The notes beneath the pieces were generated by a model, which worked only from the letters and a program-made list of their open reading frames with translations, was not told where the DNA came from and did no database searches. 64,000 nucleotides of DNA from Gemmatimonas sp. (GTDB lineage Bacteria > Gemmatimonadota > Gemmatimonadetes > Gemmatimonadales > Gemmatimonadaceae): the NCBI GenBank assembly GCA_965279375.1, contig OZ257156.1, forward strand, positions 1,824,001 to 1,888,000, given 5' to 3'. Position numbers and translations under genes: made by a program. Positions 1-9,185 of the stretch are shown in pieces; the first letter of the stretch is position 1, and the number at the start of each line of letters is the position of its first letter.

Positions 1-711
1 GGTGTGACCATCGTGCGCTCACCGATGTGGGAGATTCATCCGGTACTGTCGCAGAACGTCATCGTGCGCAACGTGACGATCTCCACGCACGGCCCCAACA
101 ACGATGGCTGCGACCCGGAGTCGTGCCGCGATGTGCTCATCGAGGGGTGCACCTTCGACACAGGTGACGACTGCATCGCGATCAAGAGTGGACGCAACGC
201 CGATGGTCGCCGAGTGAATGTGCCGACGGAGAACGTGATCATCCGCAATTGCCGCATGAAGGACGGACATGGTGGCGTGACGATCGGCAGTGAAATCTCG
301 GGGAGCGTGCGCCACGTGTACGTGGAGCGGTGTGAGATGGACAGTCCATCGCTCGATCGCGCGTTGCGGCTCAAGACCAACGCGATGCGCGGCGGCACCC
401 TCGAGCACATCTACATGCGCGACGTCACCGTGGGGCAGGTGGCTGATGCCATTCTCTCGATCGACTTCACCTACGAGGAAGGCGCCGCCGGATCGTTCAT
501 GCCCGTCGTGCGGGACATCGAGATGCAGAACGTCACGAGCACGAAGAGCAAGTACGGCCTCTACCTACGTGGTTTCCCGCAGGCGCCGATCAGCAACGTG
601 CGCCTCATCGACTGCAAGTGGGTTGGCGTGGCCAAGCCTGATGTACTGGAACATGTGAACGGCCTGAGGCGCACCAACGTGATGGTCAACGGACAGCAGG
701 TGAAGTCATGA
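1..711 (+). CDS. GH28 polygalacturonase/exo-polygalacturonase, C-terminal part (5' end outside window)
   Basis: GH28 catalytic motifs NNDG, TGDDCIAIKSG, GHGG and RLK. Frame is open from base 1. Confidence 0.9.
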   Translation, partial: GVTIVRSPMWEIHPVLSQNVIVRNVTISTHGPNNDGCDPESCRDVLIEGCTFDTGDDCIAIKSGRNADGRRVNVPTENVIIRNCRMKDGHGGVTIGSEISGSVRHVYVERCEMDSPSLDRALRLKTNAMRGGTLEHIYMRDVTVGQVADAILSIDFTYEEGAAGSFMPVVRDIEMQNVTSTKSKYGLYLRGFPQAPISNVRLIDCKWVGVAKPDVLEHVNGLRRTNVMVNGQQVKS

Positions 712-1874
712 AGCGAATCCCCGCCGCACTGCTCTGTCTCGCGATGTCGGCGCTTGGCAGCACCGCCGTCGCGCAACGCGCCAAGCCCGCCGCCACCTCG
801 TGGACAGTGCGCATGACCGATGCGGTGATGTCGCGCAGTCCGCAAACGAGCACGCGCTGGGACTATACGGCGGGGCTCGTGCTGTTGGCCGTGCATCGCG
901 TGGGTCTGGCAACGGGCGATCCGAAGTACGCGGCTTATGTACAGCGCAACATGGATCAGTTCGTGGACGCGCAGGGGACCATCGTTGGCTACAAGCAGGG
1001 CGACTTCAACCTTGACCAGATCAATCAGGGGCGGCTGCTCTTTCCGCTGTTGTCCCGTACGCGTGATGCGCGCTACCGCACCGCGATCGAAACGTTGCGC
1101 GCGCAGCTTCGCGCGCAGCCGCGCACGAGCGACGGCGGCTTCTGGCACAAGCAGATCTATCCGCAGCAGATGTGGCTGGATGGGCTCTACATGGCGGAGC
1201 CGTTTTACGTCACCTACGCCAAGACGTACGGCGATACCGCCGCGTTCTCCGACGCGCTGCACCAGTTCCTGCTGCTCGCTGCGCGCGCACGTGATCCCAA
1301 GACTGGTCTCATGTATCACGCATGGGACGCGGCGCACACGCAGCCCTGGGCAGACTCGCTGACAGGCAATTCGCCCAACTTTTGGGGACGCGCGGTGGGC
1401 TGGTATCTCATGGCCGCCATGGATGTGCTCGACGAAGTGCCCGCGTCGCATCCGGATCGCGGTGCACTGCTCGAGGTCGTGCGCGAACTCGCTGCTTCGG
1501 TTGCACGCGTGCAGGATCCCGTCAGCGGACTCTGGTATCAGGTACTCGATCAGCCGGCGCGACGCGGTAACTATCGCGAGGCATCGGCGTCGAGCATGTT
1601 CGTGTACGCCTTTGCCAAAGGGGCGCGCAACGGCTGGTTGGACACGCGCTATCGTGCACTCGCAGCGCGCGGCTTTGACGGATTGGTGCGCGAGTTGGTG
1701 AAGACCGACAGCGCCGGACGTCCTTCGCTCACCGGCGTTTGCTCCGTCGCGGGGCTTGGCGGCGCCACTCGACGCGATGGCTCCTTCGCCTACTACATCA
1801 GTGAGCCAGTCGTCGCGGATGACTACAAGGGACTCGGTCCGTTCATCATGGCAGCGCTGGAGCTTGGTAAGTGA
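708..1874 (+). CDS. GH105 unsaturated rhamnogalacturonyl/glucuronyl hydrolase (YteR/YesR-like), secreted
   Basis: Signal peptide; WDY, GGFWHK, QMWLDGLYMA, HAWD, FWGRAVGW and EASAS motifs. ATGA overlap with the GH28 gene. Confidence 0.9.
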   Translation: MKRIPAALLCLAMSALGSTAVAQRAKPAATSWTVRMTDAVMSRSPQTSTRWDYTAGLVLLAVHRVGLATGDPKYAAYVQRNMDQFVDAQGTIVGYKQGDFNLDQINQGRLLFPLLSRTRDARYRTAIETLRAQLRAQPRTSDGGFWHKQIYPQQMWLDGLYMAEPFYVTYAKTYGDTAAFSDALHQFLLLAARARDPKTGLMYHAWDAAHTQPWADSLTGNSPNFWGRAVGWYLMAAMDVLDEVPASHPDRGALLEVVRELAASVARVQDPVSGLWYQVLDQPARRGNYREASASSMFVYAFAKGARNGWLDTRYRALAARGFDGLVRELVKTDSAGRPSLTGVCSVAGLGGATRRDGSFAYYISEPVVADDYKGLGPFIMAALELGK

Positions 1875-2632
1875 CGTCTCGTTTTTCGCTCGTCGGCAAG
1901 CGCGCGTTGGTAACCGGCGCCAGTCGTGGACTTGGTCGCGCCGCTGCAATCGCGCTCGCTGAGGCCGGTGCCGATGTGATCTGTGCCGCCTCCGAAGCGA
2001 GCCGAGCTGATGAAACTGCGCTTGCGGTGCGCGCGCTTGGTGTGCAGGCGTGGACGTTGGGCGCGGACTTGAGCGATCCGGCCGCGGCGCGCACGTTGGC
2101 GCATGACGCGGACGCGCTGGGCGCGCCGATCGACGTGCTGGTCAACAACGCCGGGACGATTCGACGACATCCCGCCGTCTCCTATCCCATGGAGGACTGG
2201 CAGTATGTGCTGCGCACGAATCTCGATTCCACGTGGGCGTTGTGTCAGGAGATCGGGCGTGGCATGGTGACACGTCGTAGCGGCAAGATCATCAACATCG
2301 CGTCGCTGCTTTCGTTCAGCGGAGGTGTGACCGTGCCCGCGTACACCGCAAGCAAGCATGCCGTGGCCGGTCTGACCAAGGCGCTGGCCAACGAGTGGGC
2401 CGCGCATGGCGTGCAGGTGAACGCCATCGCGCCCGGCTACTTTCGCACGGACAACACGCAGGCGTTGCAGGACAACCCGCAGCGCTCGCATGATATCAGC
2501 GCGCGCATTCCCGCCGGTCGTTGGGGAGAGCCTGACGACATCTCCGGTTCGATCCTCTTTCTCGCGTCATCGGCCAGTGACTACGTGAACGGTCACGTAC
2601 TCACCGTCGATGGTGGATGGATGGCCCGATGA
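1871..2632 (+). CDS. kduD: 2-dehydro-3-deoxy-D-gluconate 5-dehydrogenase (SDR)
   Basis: TGASRGLG, NNAG, YTASK, NEWA, NAIAPGY and VDGGWMAR terminus typical of KduD; pectin locus context. Confidence 0.88.
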   Translation: MTSRFSLVGKRALVTGASRGLGRAAAIALAEAGADVICAASEASRADETALAVRALGVQAWTLGADLSDPAAARTLAHDADALGAPIDVLVNNAGTIRRHPAVSYPMEDWQYVLRTNLDSTWALCQEIGRGMVTRRSGKIINIASLLSFSGGVTVPAYTASKHAVAGLTKALANEWAAHGVQVNAIAPGYFRTDNTQALQDNPQRSHDISARIPAGRWGEPDDISGSILFLASSASDYVNGHVLTVDGGWMAR

Positions 2633-4122
2633 TCATCGCGATCGTTGCTGCCGTTGCGGTACTCGGCGCGAACAATCCCGTCGTCCAGACAGCGCGCGCC
2701 GATACGCTGCCGTGGGCTGGTATCGTCGATGCCGCGTACGCGGGCGCGTCGGGTGCGCCATCGCCGGCGGGCATTCCGATGTTCCGGAGCGTGGGGGATG
2801 CGCTCACGCAGCTCTCGGTGAATGGCGGCACACGCACTGTCGTATTCATCAAGAACGGACGCTATCGCGAGAAGCTCACGATCGATCGGCCGCGCGTGAC
2901 GCTGCGCGGAGAAAGCCGCGACGGTGTTGTGCTGACCTTCGACGCGACGGCCGATACGCCGGCGCCCGGTGGCAGCACCTACGGCACGCGTGGCAGCTAC
3001 ACGTTGCGCATCGTGGCACCGGATTTCCGCGCCGAACATCTGACGATCGAGAACTCGTTCGACTATCCGACGAATGCCGCCAAGGCAGCGGACGACCCCA
3101 CCAAGGCAAAGAACGCGCAGGCCGTGGCGCTCATGACCGACCTGGGAAGCGATCGGGCGGTCTTCGAGGATGTCAGAATCCTCGGGCATCAGGACACGCT
3201 CTTTGCCAACAGCGGGCGCGCGTGGTTTCATGGCTGCGAGATCGCCGGCAGCGTGGACTTCATCTTTGGCGCCGGTCGCGCGGTGTTCGAGCAGTGCGAC
3301 ATCATCTCGCGCGATCGCGGCAGTGCGACGAACAACGGCTACGTGACGGCGCCGAGTACCGACAGCACGCAGGAGTACGGCTTCCTCTTTCTGCGCAGTC
3401 ATTTGAAGAAGGAGCGCGCGTCGATGGCTGCGGCGTCGGTGACGCTGGGGCGGCCGTGGCATCCCTTCGCGGATCCCAAGGTGCAGGGGAGCAGCGTGTT
3501 CATCGAGTGCGAGATGGACGACCACATCGGTGCGAAGGGGTGGGATCGCATGTCGAGCGTGGACTCCACCGGCACGCGCATCTGGTATGAGCCCGAATCG
3601 GCGCGGTTCTTCGAGTACGGCACACGTGGCGCCGGCGCCGTTCGGAGCCCGACGCGCCGCCTGTTGAAGAAGAAGGAGGCGGAGCGGTACACGCTGGCCG
3701 CCGTCTTCGGCGACTGGAATCCGGACCCGACGCGGCGGGTGGCGAAGGAGCGCGACGAGAAGCGCCCGCCGAGCCCGAGCGGGATGCAAGGATGGGTGGC
3801 CGACCAGAAGGCGCTCGATCAGCGTCCGCCGGCCGGGCGGGTGGAGGATCTGTTCGAAGGCCGATTCCCCGGGGTGCAGGTTCGCAGTATCGACGGCGGC
3901 ATCGTGGTGCAGATCCGGGGCATCCGAACGTTTAGCGGCAACACATACCCGCTCTACGTGATCGACGGGCTGCCGATCGAAGTCGGGCCGGACGGACTGA
4001 TCGGGCTCAACCCGTCGGACGTGGCGCGGATCGAGGTGCTCAAGGATCCGGCGGCGCTGGCGATGTACGGGTCGCGCGCGGCGAACGGCGTGGTGGTGAT
4101 CAAGACGAAGGGCGGGCGCTAG
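2629..4122 (+). CDS. CE8 pectin methylesterase with C-terminal TonB-dependent receptor plug-like domain
   Basis: CE8 motifs GRYRE, QAVAL, QDTL, DFIFG and LGRPW. The last ~100 aa read IRG..PLYVIDG..LNPSDVARIEVLKD..A.YGSRAANGVVVIKTK. Start taken at the ATGA overlap with the kduD stop. Confidence 0.85.
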   Translation: MIIAIVAAVAVLGANNPVVQTARADTLPWAGIVDAAYAGASGAPSPAGIPMFRSVGDALTQLSVNGGTRTVVFIKNGRYREKLTIDRPRVTLRGESRDGVVLTFDATADTPAPGGSTYGTRGSYTLRIVAPDFRAEHLTIENSFDYPTNAAKAADDPTKAKNAQAVALMTDLGSDRAVFEDVRILGHQDTLFANSGRAWFHGCEIAGSVDFIFGAGRAVFEQCDIISRDRGSATNNGYVTAPSTDSTQEYGFLFLRSHLKKERASMAAASVTLGRPWHPFADPKVQGSSVFIECEMDDHIGAKGWDRMSSVDSTGTRIWYEPESARFFEYGTRGAGAVRSPTRRLLKKKEAERYTLAAVFGDWNPDPTRRVAKERDEKRPPSPSGMQGWVADQKALDQRPPAGRVEDLFEGRFPGVQVRSIDGGIVVQIRGIRTFSGNTYPLYVIDGLPIEVGPDGLIGLNPSDVARIEVLKDPAALAMYGSRAANGVVVIKTKGGR

Positions 4123-4178
4123 CGCTCGCCCTGGGGCGTGACTGTGAGGTATGGACAAAACCTCTGGTCGCGCCCATG

Positions 4179-4199
4179 TTTGTTCCGTAGAAAGACAAA
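4179..4199. promoter_or_regulatory. Putative operator copy 1 (TTTGTTCCGTAGAAAGACAAA) upstream of susC
   Basis: Imperfect palindrome TTGTTC-N7-AGACAA related to the copies at 4246 and 13770. Confidence 0.55.
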
Positions 4200-4245
4200 A
4201 GCCACGTTTGTGAGTAGTCGCAAAGGCCGCGAGCCAAACGTCGCA

Positions 4246-4266
4246 ATTGTTCGCTCACGGAACAAA
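4246..4266. promoter_or_regulatory. Putative operator copy 2 (ATTGTTCGCTCACGGAACAAA) upstream of susC
   Basis: Palindrome TTGTTC-N7-GAACAA; its reverse complement matches 13770-13790 at 19/21 positions. Confidence 0.7.
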
Positions 4267-4387
4267 CAATGATCGGTTGCCCTCCTCCCCGGCTGCCGAT
4301 CGCGCGCCTCCGGCCGCTGCCTCCGGGTTTCCCGGTCTCCCCGCAGCAGACGAGCGCATTCGACTTTTCCCTCGAGGATTGACCGTC

Positions 4388-7300
4388 ATGCGTTGGAACT
4401 GGAGGCTCGGCTCGGCTTTCATCGCCGCGTTTGCGCTCGCCGCTCAGCCTGCCGCGGCGCAGCAGGCGACCGGGCGCATCACCGGCATCATCGTCAGTGA
4501 AGGCGCCGGAACGCCACTGACCAGCGTCGGTGTCGGGGTGGTCGGCACGTCGCTTGGTGCACGCACCGGCACGGATGGCCGCTACACCATCGTGAACCTG
4601 GCCCCCGGACGCTACATCCTGCGCGCGCAGCTCATCGGCTACGCGGCGCGGATCGACACGGTCACCGTCGGCATCGGGCAGACGGTCACCGCGGACTTCA
4701 AGCTCAAGCCGGTGAACGTCACGCTCGATCAGGTGGTCGTGGTCGGCTACGGCACGCAGAAGCGCTCCGACCTGACGGGTTCAGTCACCTCGGTGCAGCC
4801 CAACGTCGATCGCACCCCGATCACCTCTGTCGAACAGACGCTGCAGGGTACCGCACCCGGCGTGCAGGTGACGCAGGCGTCGTCGGCGCCGGGCGGCGGC
4901 ATGTCGATTCGCATCCGCGGCGGCTCGTCGGTCAACGGCAACAACGAACCGCTCTACGTCATCGACGGCTTCCCGGTGGAGAACGATTTCTCCACGTCGA
5001 GCTCGCTGGACGGTGGTCGCGCTGGCACGACGCCGTCGAATCCGCTCGCCGCGCTCAACCCGAACGACATCGCGTCCATCGAAATTCTCAAGGACGCATC
5101 GGCGACGGCCATCTATGGATCGCGCGGCGCCAACGGCGTCGTACTCATCACCACCAAGCGTGGCGATGGATCGAAGCCCAAGCTCGCGATCGATGTCTAC
5201 CAGGGCCAGCAGGTGGTGGCGCATCGCTATGAACTGCTCAACGGCACCGAATTCGCGCAGTTTGCCAACGCGTGGGCCGCGACGCAGAACCTGACGCAGC
5301 CGTTTGCCGACCCGACGGTCTTTGGTGCGGGCACGGACTGGCAGGATCGCATCTTCCGTCAGGCATCCATCCAGAACGCGCAGCTCAGCATCTCCGGCGG
5401 CTCGTCGTCCAAGAACGCGACGCGCTATTCGCTCTCGGGGGGCGTTTTCCAGCAGCAGGGCGTGGTCGACAACTCCGACTTCAAGCGCCTCTCGATGCGT
5501 GCGACGCTCGACCAGATGGTGGGTGAGAAGCTCAAGCTCGGCTCCAACGTGCTCGTGTCGCGCGTGAACAGCTCGCAGATCCCGACGGACGGCGCGCTCA
5601 ACGCGAACGCCGGCGCCGTGGGTGCCGCGCTGCAGTATCCGTCGATCATGAACCCGTATCGCGCCGACGGCACCTACACGCTGCTCGGCACGGACTTCCC
5701 CAAGGCACTGCTCGACCTCGGCATCTCGGCGGGCAACGTCCCCAACCCGATGGCGTCCGCGCTCGAAGTGAATGACAAGCTGTTCGACACGCGCGTGCTG
5801 GCCAACGTCGCTGGCGACTACAAGCTGCCCTTCGGATTCAGCTGGCGTTCGACGGTCGGCAGCGATCTCTCGTTCCGCGGTCGCGATACGTACTATCCGC
5901 GCACCACGCTGCAGGGCTTTGGTCAGAACGGTCGCGCCATTCGCGGCACGACCAACAACACCAGCTTCCTCAACGAAAACACGCTCAACTGGAACAAGAG
6001 CTTCGGTTCGGCGCATGTGATCTCGGCGGTGGCCGGCTACTCGCGTCAGAAGCTCAACTCCACGCGCACCGACATGCGCAACAGCAACTTCGTCAGTGAT
6101 ATCACCGGCTTCGAGAACATCGGTGCTGGTGCGCAGGCGGGCGGCGCCAACGTGTCGTCGGGACGTACGCAATGGACCTTGGCCTCGTATCTGGGCCGAG
6201 TGAACTACACGCTGCTCGACCGCTACCTGTTCTCGGTCAGCGGTCGCCGCGATGGATCGTCGCGGTTTGGTGCGGACAACCGATGGGGTGTCTTTCCCGC
6301 AGGCGCGCTCGGCTGGCGTCTGTCGGAAGAGCCGTTCATGCGTCGCTTCAGCTGGATCAACAACCTCAAGCTGCGCGCGACGTACGGTGAAGTCGGCAAC
6401 CCGTCGATCTCTCCTTATCAGTCGCTCACGCGATTGACCGCCCAGCAGTACACGTTCAACGGCGCGCTGGCCCCGGGCTACTATCCCGCAGCGATCGGTA
6501 ACCCGACGCTGAGCTGGGAGTCCACCAAGCAGACGGACCTCGGTCTCGACCTGAGCGCCTTCAGCGGTCGCATCGACATCACCGTGGACCAGTACCGCAA
6601 GAAGACAGATAACCTGCTGCTGCAGATCGACCTGCCGTCGGAAGTCGGCTATCCGAGCGCGTTCGTCAACGCCGGCTCGATCGAGAACAAGGGTTTCGAA
6701 GCGGGCGTGACCGTCAAGCTGTTCGACGCCGAAGCGAAGACCGGCTTCCGCTGGTCCACCACGTTCAACTACACGCGCAACCGTAACCGTGTGCTCGATC
6801 TCGGTGGCGTGAGCCGCATCTTCCCCACGCAGCAGACCGCGTCGGATATCAACGCCACGTCAAGCGTGGTGCAGGTGGGTCAGCCAATCGGCGCCTTCTT
6901 CGGATTCAAGACGGGCGACCTGTTCCGCGACTCCACGACGCTCAACGCGTGGCGCGCCAAGACCCGCTTTGCCAGTGGCACGGCGCCGGGACTCGGCAAC
7001 CGCATGTACATCGACATCAATGGTGACAGCATCATCGACGCCAACGATCGCACGATCATCGGCGACCCGACGCCCAAGTACGTCGTCGGCTGGAGCAACA
7101 ACATCTCGTGGAAGGGTTTCGACCTCAGCGCCCTCATCGATGGTGTGCAGGGCAACAAGATCCTCAACCTGAACAACCTGCGCCTCAACGGCGCGTCGCC
7201 AGCGCTCAACGTGACGGCGGAGCGCTTCTACGACGCGTGGAGCCCGACCAACCCGGACGGCAAGTATCAGCGCGTGGGCGCGGGTGCCGGCTTCCTGAAC

Positions 7301-7573
7301 GCCGACATCACGTCGGAGCTGCTGGAGGACGGGTCGTTCTTCCGCCTGCGCACCATCTCGCTGGCGCGTCAGATTCCGCCCAAGTGGCTGCGTCAGTCGA
7401 ACGTGACGGCGCGTGCGTATGTCACCGGCCAGAACGTGGTGACGTGGACCAAGTACACCGGCTTCAATCCCGACGTGAGCTCGATCAGCGTCGGCAATCT
7501 CAATCGTGGCGTCGACGTCGGTGCGTATCCGCTTGCGCGCACCTGGACGGTCGGCCTGAACATCAACTACTGA
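4388..7573 (+). CDS. SusC/RagA-family TonB-dependent transporter
   Basis: Signal peptide, carboxypeptidase-regulatory-like N-domain, VVVVGYGTQKR, plug motif IEILKDASATAIYGSRGANGVVLITTK, RRDGSSRFG, LSWE and terminal aromatic residue. GAGG RBS before ATG 4388. Confidence 0.95.
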   Translation: MRWNWRLGSAFIAAFALAAQPAAAQQATGRITGIIVSEGAGTPLTSVGVGVVGTSLGARTGTDGRYTIVNLAPGRYILRAQLIGYAARIDTVTVGIGQTVTADFKLKPVNVTLDQVVVVGYGTQKRSDLTGSVTSVQPNVDRTPITSVEQTLQGTAPGVQVTQASSAPGGGMSIRIRGGSSVNGNNEPLYVIDGFPVENDFSTSSSLDGGRAGTTPSNPLAALNPNDIASIEILKDASATAIYGSRGANGVVLITTKRGDGSKPKLAIDVYQGQQVVAHRYELLNGTEFAQFANAWAATQNLTQPFADPTVFGAGTDWQDRIFRQASIQNAQLSISGGSSSKNATRYSLSGGVFQQQGVVDNSDFKRLSMRATLDQMVGEKLKLGSNVLVSRVNSSQIPTDGALNANAGAVGAALQYPSIMNPYRADGTYTLLGTDFPKALLDLGISAGNVPNPMASALEVNDKLFDTRVLANVAGDYKLPFGFSWRSTVGSDLSFRGRDTYYPRTTLQGFGQNGRAIRGTTNNTSFLNENTLNWNKSFGSAHVISAVAGYSRQKLNSTRTDMRNSNFVSDITGFENIGAGAQAGGANVSSGRTQWTLASYLGRVNYTLLDRYLFSVSGRRDGSSRFGADNRWGVFPAGALGWRLSEEPFMRRFSWINNLKLRATYGEVGNPSISPYQSLTRLTAQQYTFNGALAPGYYPAAIGNPTLSWESTKQTDLGLDLSAFSGRIDITVDQYRKKTDNLLLQIDLPSEVGYPSAFVNAGSIENKGFEAGVTVKLFDAEAKTGFRWSTTFNYTRNRNRVLDLGGVSRIFPTQQTASDINATSSVVQVGQPIGAFFGFKTGDLFRDSTTLNAWRAKTRFASGTAPGLGNRMYIDINGDSIIDANDRTIIGDPTPKYVVGWSNNISWKGFDLSALIDGVQGNKILNLNNLRLNGASPALNVTAERFYDAWSPTNPDGKYQRVGAGAGFLNADITSELLEDGSFFRLRTISLARQIPPKWLRQSNVTARAYVTGQNVVTWTKYTGFNPDVSSISVGNLNRGVDVGAYPLARTWTVGLNINY

Positions 7574-7582
7574 CCGGCGGAC

Positions 7583-9178
7583 ATGGCCATGCTCAAGCGC
7601 TTCCTGTTCGGCGTCGGCACCGCACTGACGCTCGCCGGCACCACCGGCTGCAACGACCAGAAATTCCTCACCGAAGTGCCGTACGACTTCGTGGGGCCCG
7701 AGAATTTCTACAAGACCTCCGGTGACGCCCTCGCGGCCATCGCCGGCGTGTACGCCACGTCGCTCCACACGACGGGCGACAACTACTACGGTCGCAACTT
7801 CGTCATGCTCAGCGAGTTCATGACGGAAATGCAGACGGTCTACCTCAGCGCGACCAACGAACGCTCGCTCGTCGACAACTACACGTTCACCGCGTCGCAT
7901 GCCTACATCTACAGCACGTGGCAGGGCGCGTATCAGGGGATCAATCGCGCCAACTCGGTCATCGGGCGCGTGCCAGACATCAACATGGACCAGCCGCTGC
8001 GCGATCGGATCGTCGCGGAGGCGAAGTTCCTGCGCGCGCTGCACTACTTCAACCTCGTCCGACTCTTTGGCGGCGTGCCGATGCCGCTCGTTGAGACGCA
8101 GTCCATCGACAATCTGCAGAATCCGCGGGCGACGGACGCCGACGTGTGGACGCAGATCATCAAGGACCTGACCGAGGCGTCAGGCGTGCTGCCGTCGCGC
8201 TACACTGGCACTGACATCGGTCGCGCGACGCGCGGGGCAGCCAAGACGATGCTGGCCAAGGCGTACCTGCATCGCGCGAGCATCGCGGCCGCCGGCGCAG
8301 CCACGAAGACGAGCGACTATCAGAACGCGTTGCGCCTGTTGGGCGAAGTGAAGGCCAACGATGGCTACTCGCTGGTGTCGGACTTCTCGACGCTCTTCGA
8401 CGGCGTGAACGAGAACAACAACGAAGTCATCTTCGACATTCAGTGCTCACGGTCCAACGGCATCGGCTGCCGTCTGTCCAATCAGGTTGCGCCGCGCCTC
8501 TCCAACTACGGCGCGTCGCAGAATGGCTCGTTCAGCGCCGAGCAGCCGTTTCTGGATGCGTTCGTGACCGCGGACAAGCGTCGGGCACCAACGTGGCAGC
8601 TCAACTACCCGACCAAGTCCAACACGACGGCACTCTGGACGTTCACCACGGCCGATCCGCGTGGTGCGTTCTACGTGGGCACCGCACGTACCGACTCGAC
8701 GGTCTGTCCGAACATGGGCAAGTTCCTCGACAAACAGTCGGTGACGGCCGGCAACGACGAGCCGAACTACATCATCCTGCGCTACGCCGACAACCTTCTG
8801 ATGGAGTCGGAGATCAACAACGAACTCACGGGCCCCACGGCGGCGGCGTACACGCCGATCAATCAAGTGCGCAATCGCGCTGGTATCGGTGATCTCGTGG
8901 CGGGACTCTCGCAGGCCGCCTTCCGTGACTCGGTGTTCGCGCAGCGTCGTCTCGAGCTGGCGATGGAAGGCCCCAACGGCTACTTCGACTCGCAGCGCAA
9001 CTGGACGTGGTCCAAGGCACGCATCGAAGCGAACATGGCCGTCGGCAACGCACTCCGCTTCCGTTCCAGCCGCTATCCCAAGTTCCAGACGGCGGTAGCG
9101 GACAAGTTCAAGCTGATGCCGATCCCGCAGCGCGCGCGTGATCTCAACCCCAAGCTCACGCAGAACACGGGCTGGTAG
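7583..9178 (+). CDS. SusD/RagB-family glycan-binding lipoprotein
   Basis: Lipoprotein-type signal ending TTGC; EAKFLRALHYFNLVRLFGGVP, ILRYAD, RRLELAMEG and QNTGW terminus. Directly follows susC; start may be 7589. Confidence 0.93.
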   Translation: MAMLKRFLFGVGTALTLAGTTGCNDQKFLTEVPYDFVGPENFYKTSGDALAAIAGVYATSLHTTGDNYYGRNFVMLSEFMTEMQTVYLSATNERSLVDNYTFTASHAYIYSTWQGAYQGINRANSVIGRVPDINMDQPLRDRIVAEAKFLRALHYFNLVRLFGGVPMPLVETQSIDNLQNPRATDADVWTQIIKDLTEASGVLPSRYTGTDIGRATRGAAKTMLAKAYLHRASIAAAGAATKTSDYQNALRLLGEVKANDGYSLVSDFSTLFDGVNENNNEVIFDIQCSRSNGIGCRLSNQVAPRLSNYGASQNGSFSAEQPFLDAFVTADKRRAPTWQLNYPTKSNTTALWTFTTADPRGAFYVGTARTDSTVCPNMGKFLDKQSVTAGNDEPNYIILRYADNLLMESEINNELTGPTAAAYTPINQVRNRAGIGDLVAGLSQAAFRDSVFAQRRLELAMEGPNGYFDSQRNWTWSKARIEANMAVGNALRFRSSRYPKFQTAVADKFKLMPIPQRARDLNPKLTQNTGW

Positions 9179-9185
9179 TCCGTCG

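Noticed and set aside
4177..4268. Nested inverted repeats (TGTTTGTTCCGT/ACGGAACAAACA; ACGTTTG/CAAACGT) and GCAAAG suggesting a riboswitch or structured ncRNA before susC
   Set aside because: The outer arms are explained by two oppositely oriented operator copies, and the match to the c-di-GMP-I riboswitch core is poor. An Rfam/Infernal scan would be needed.
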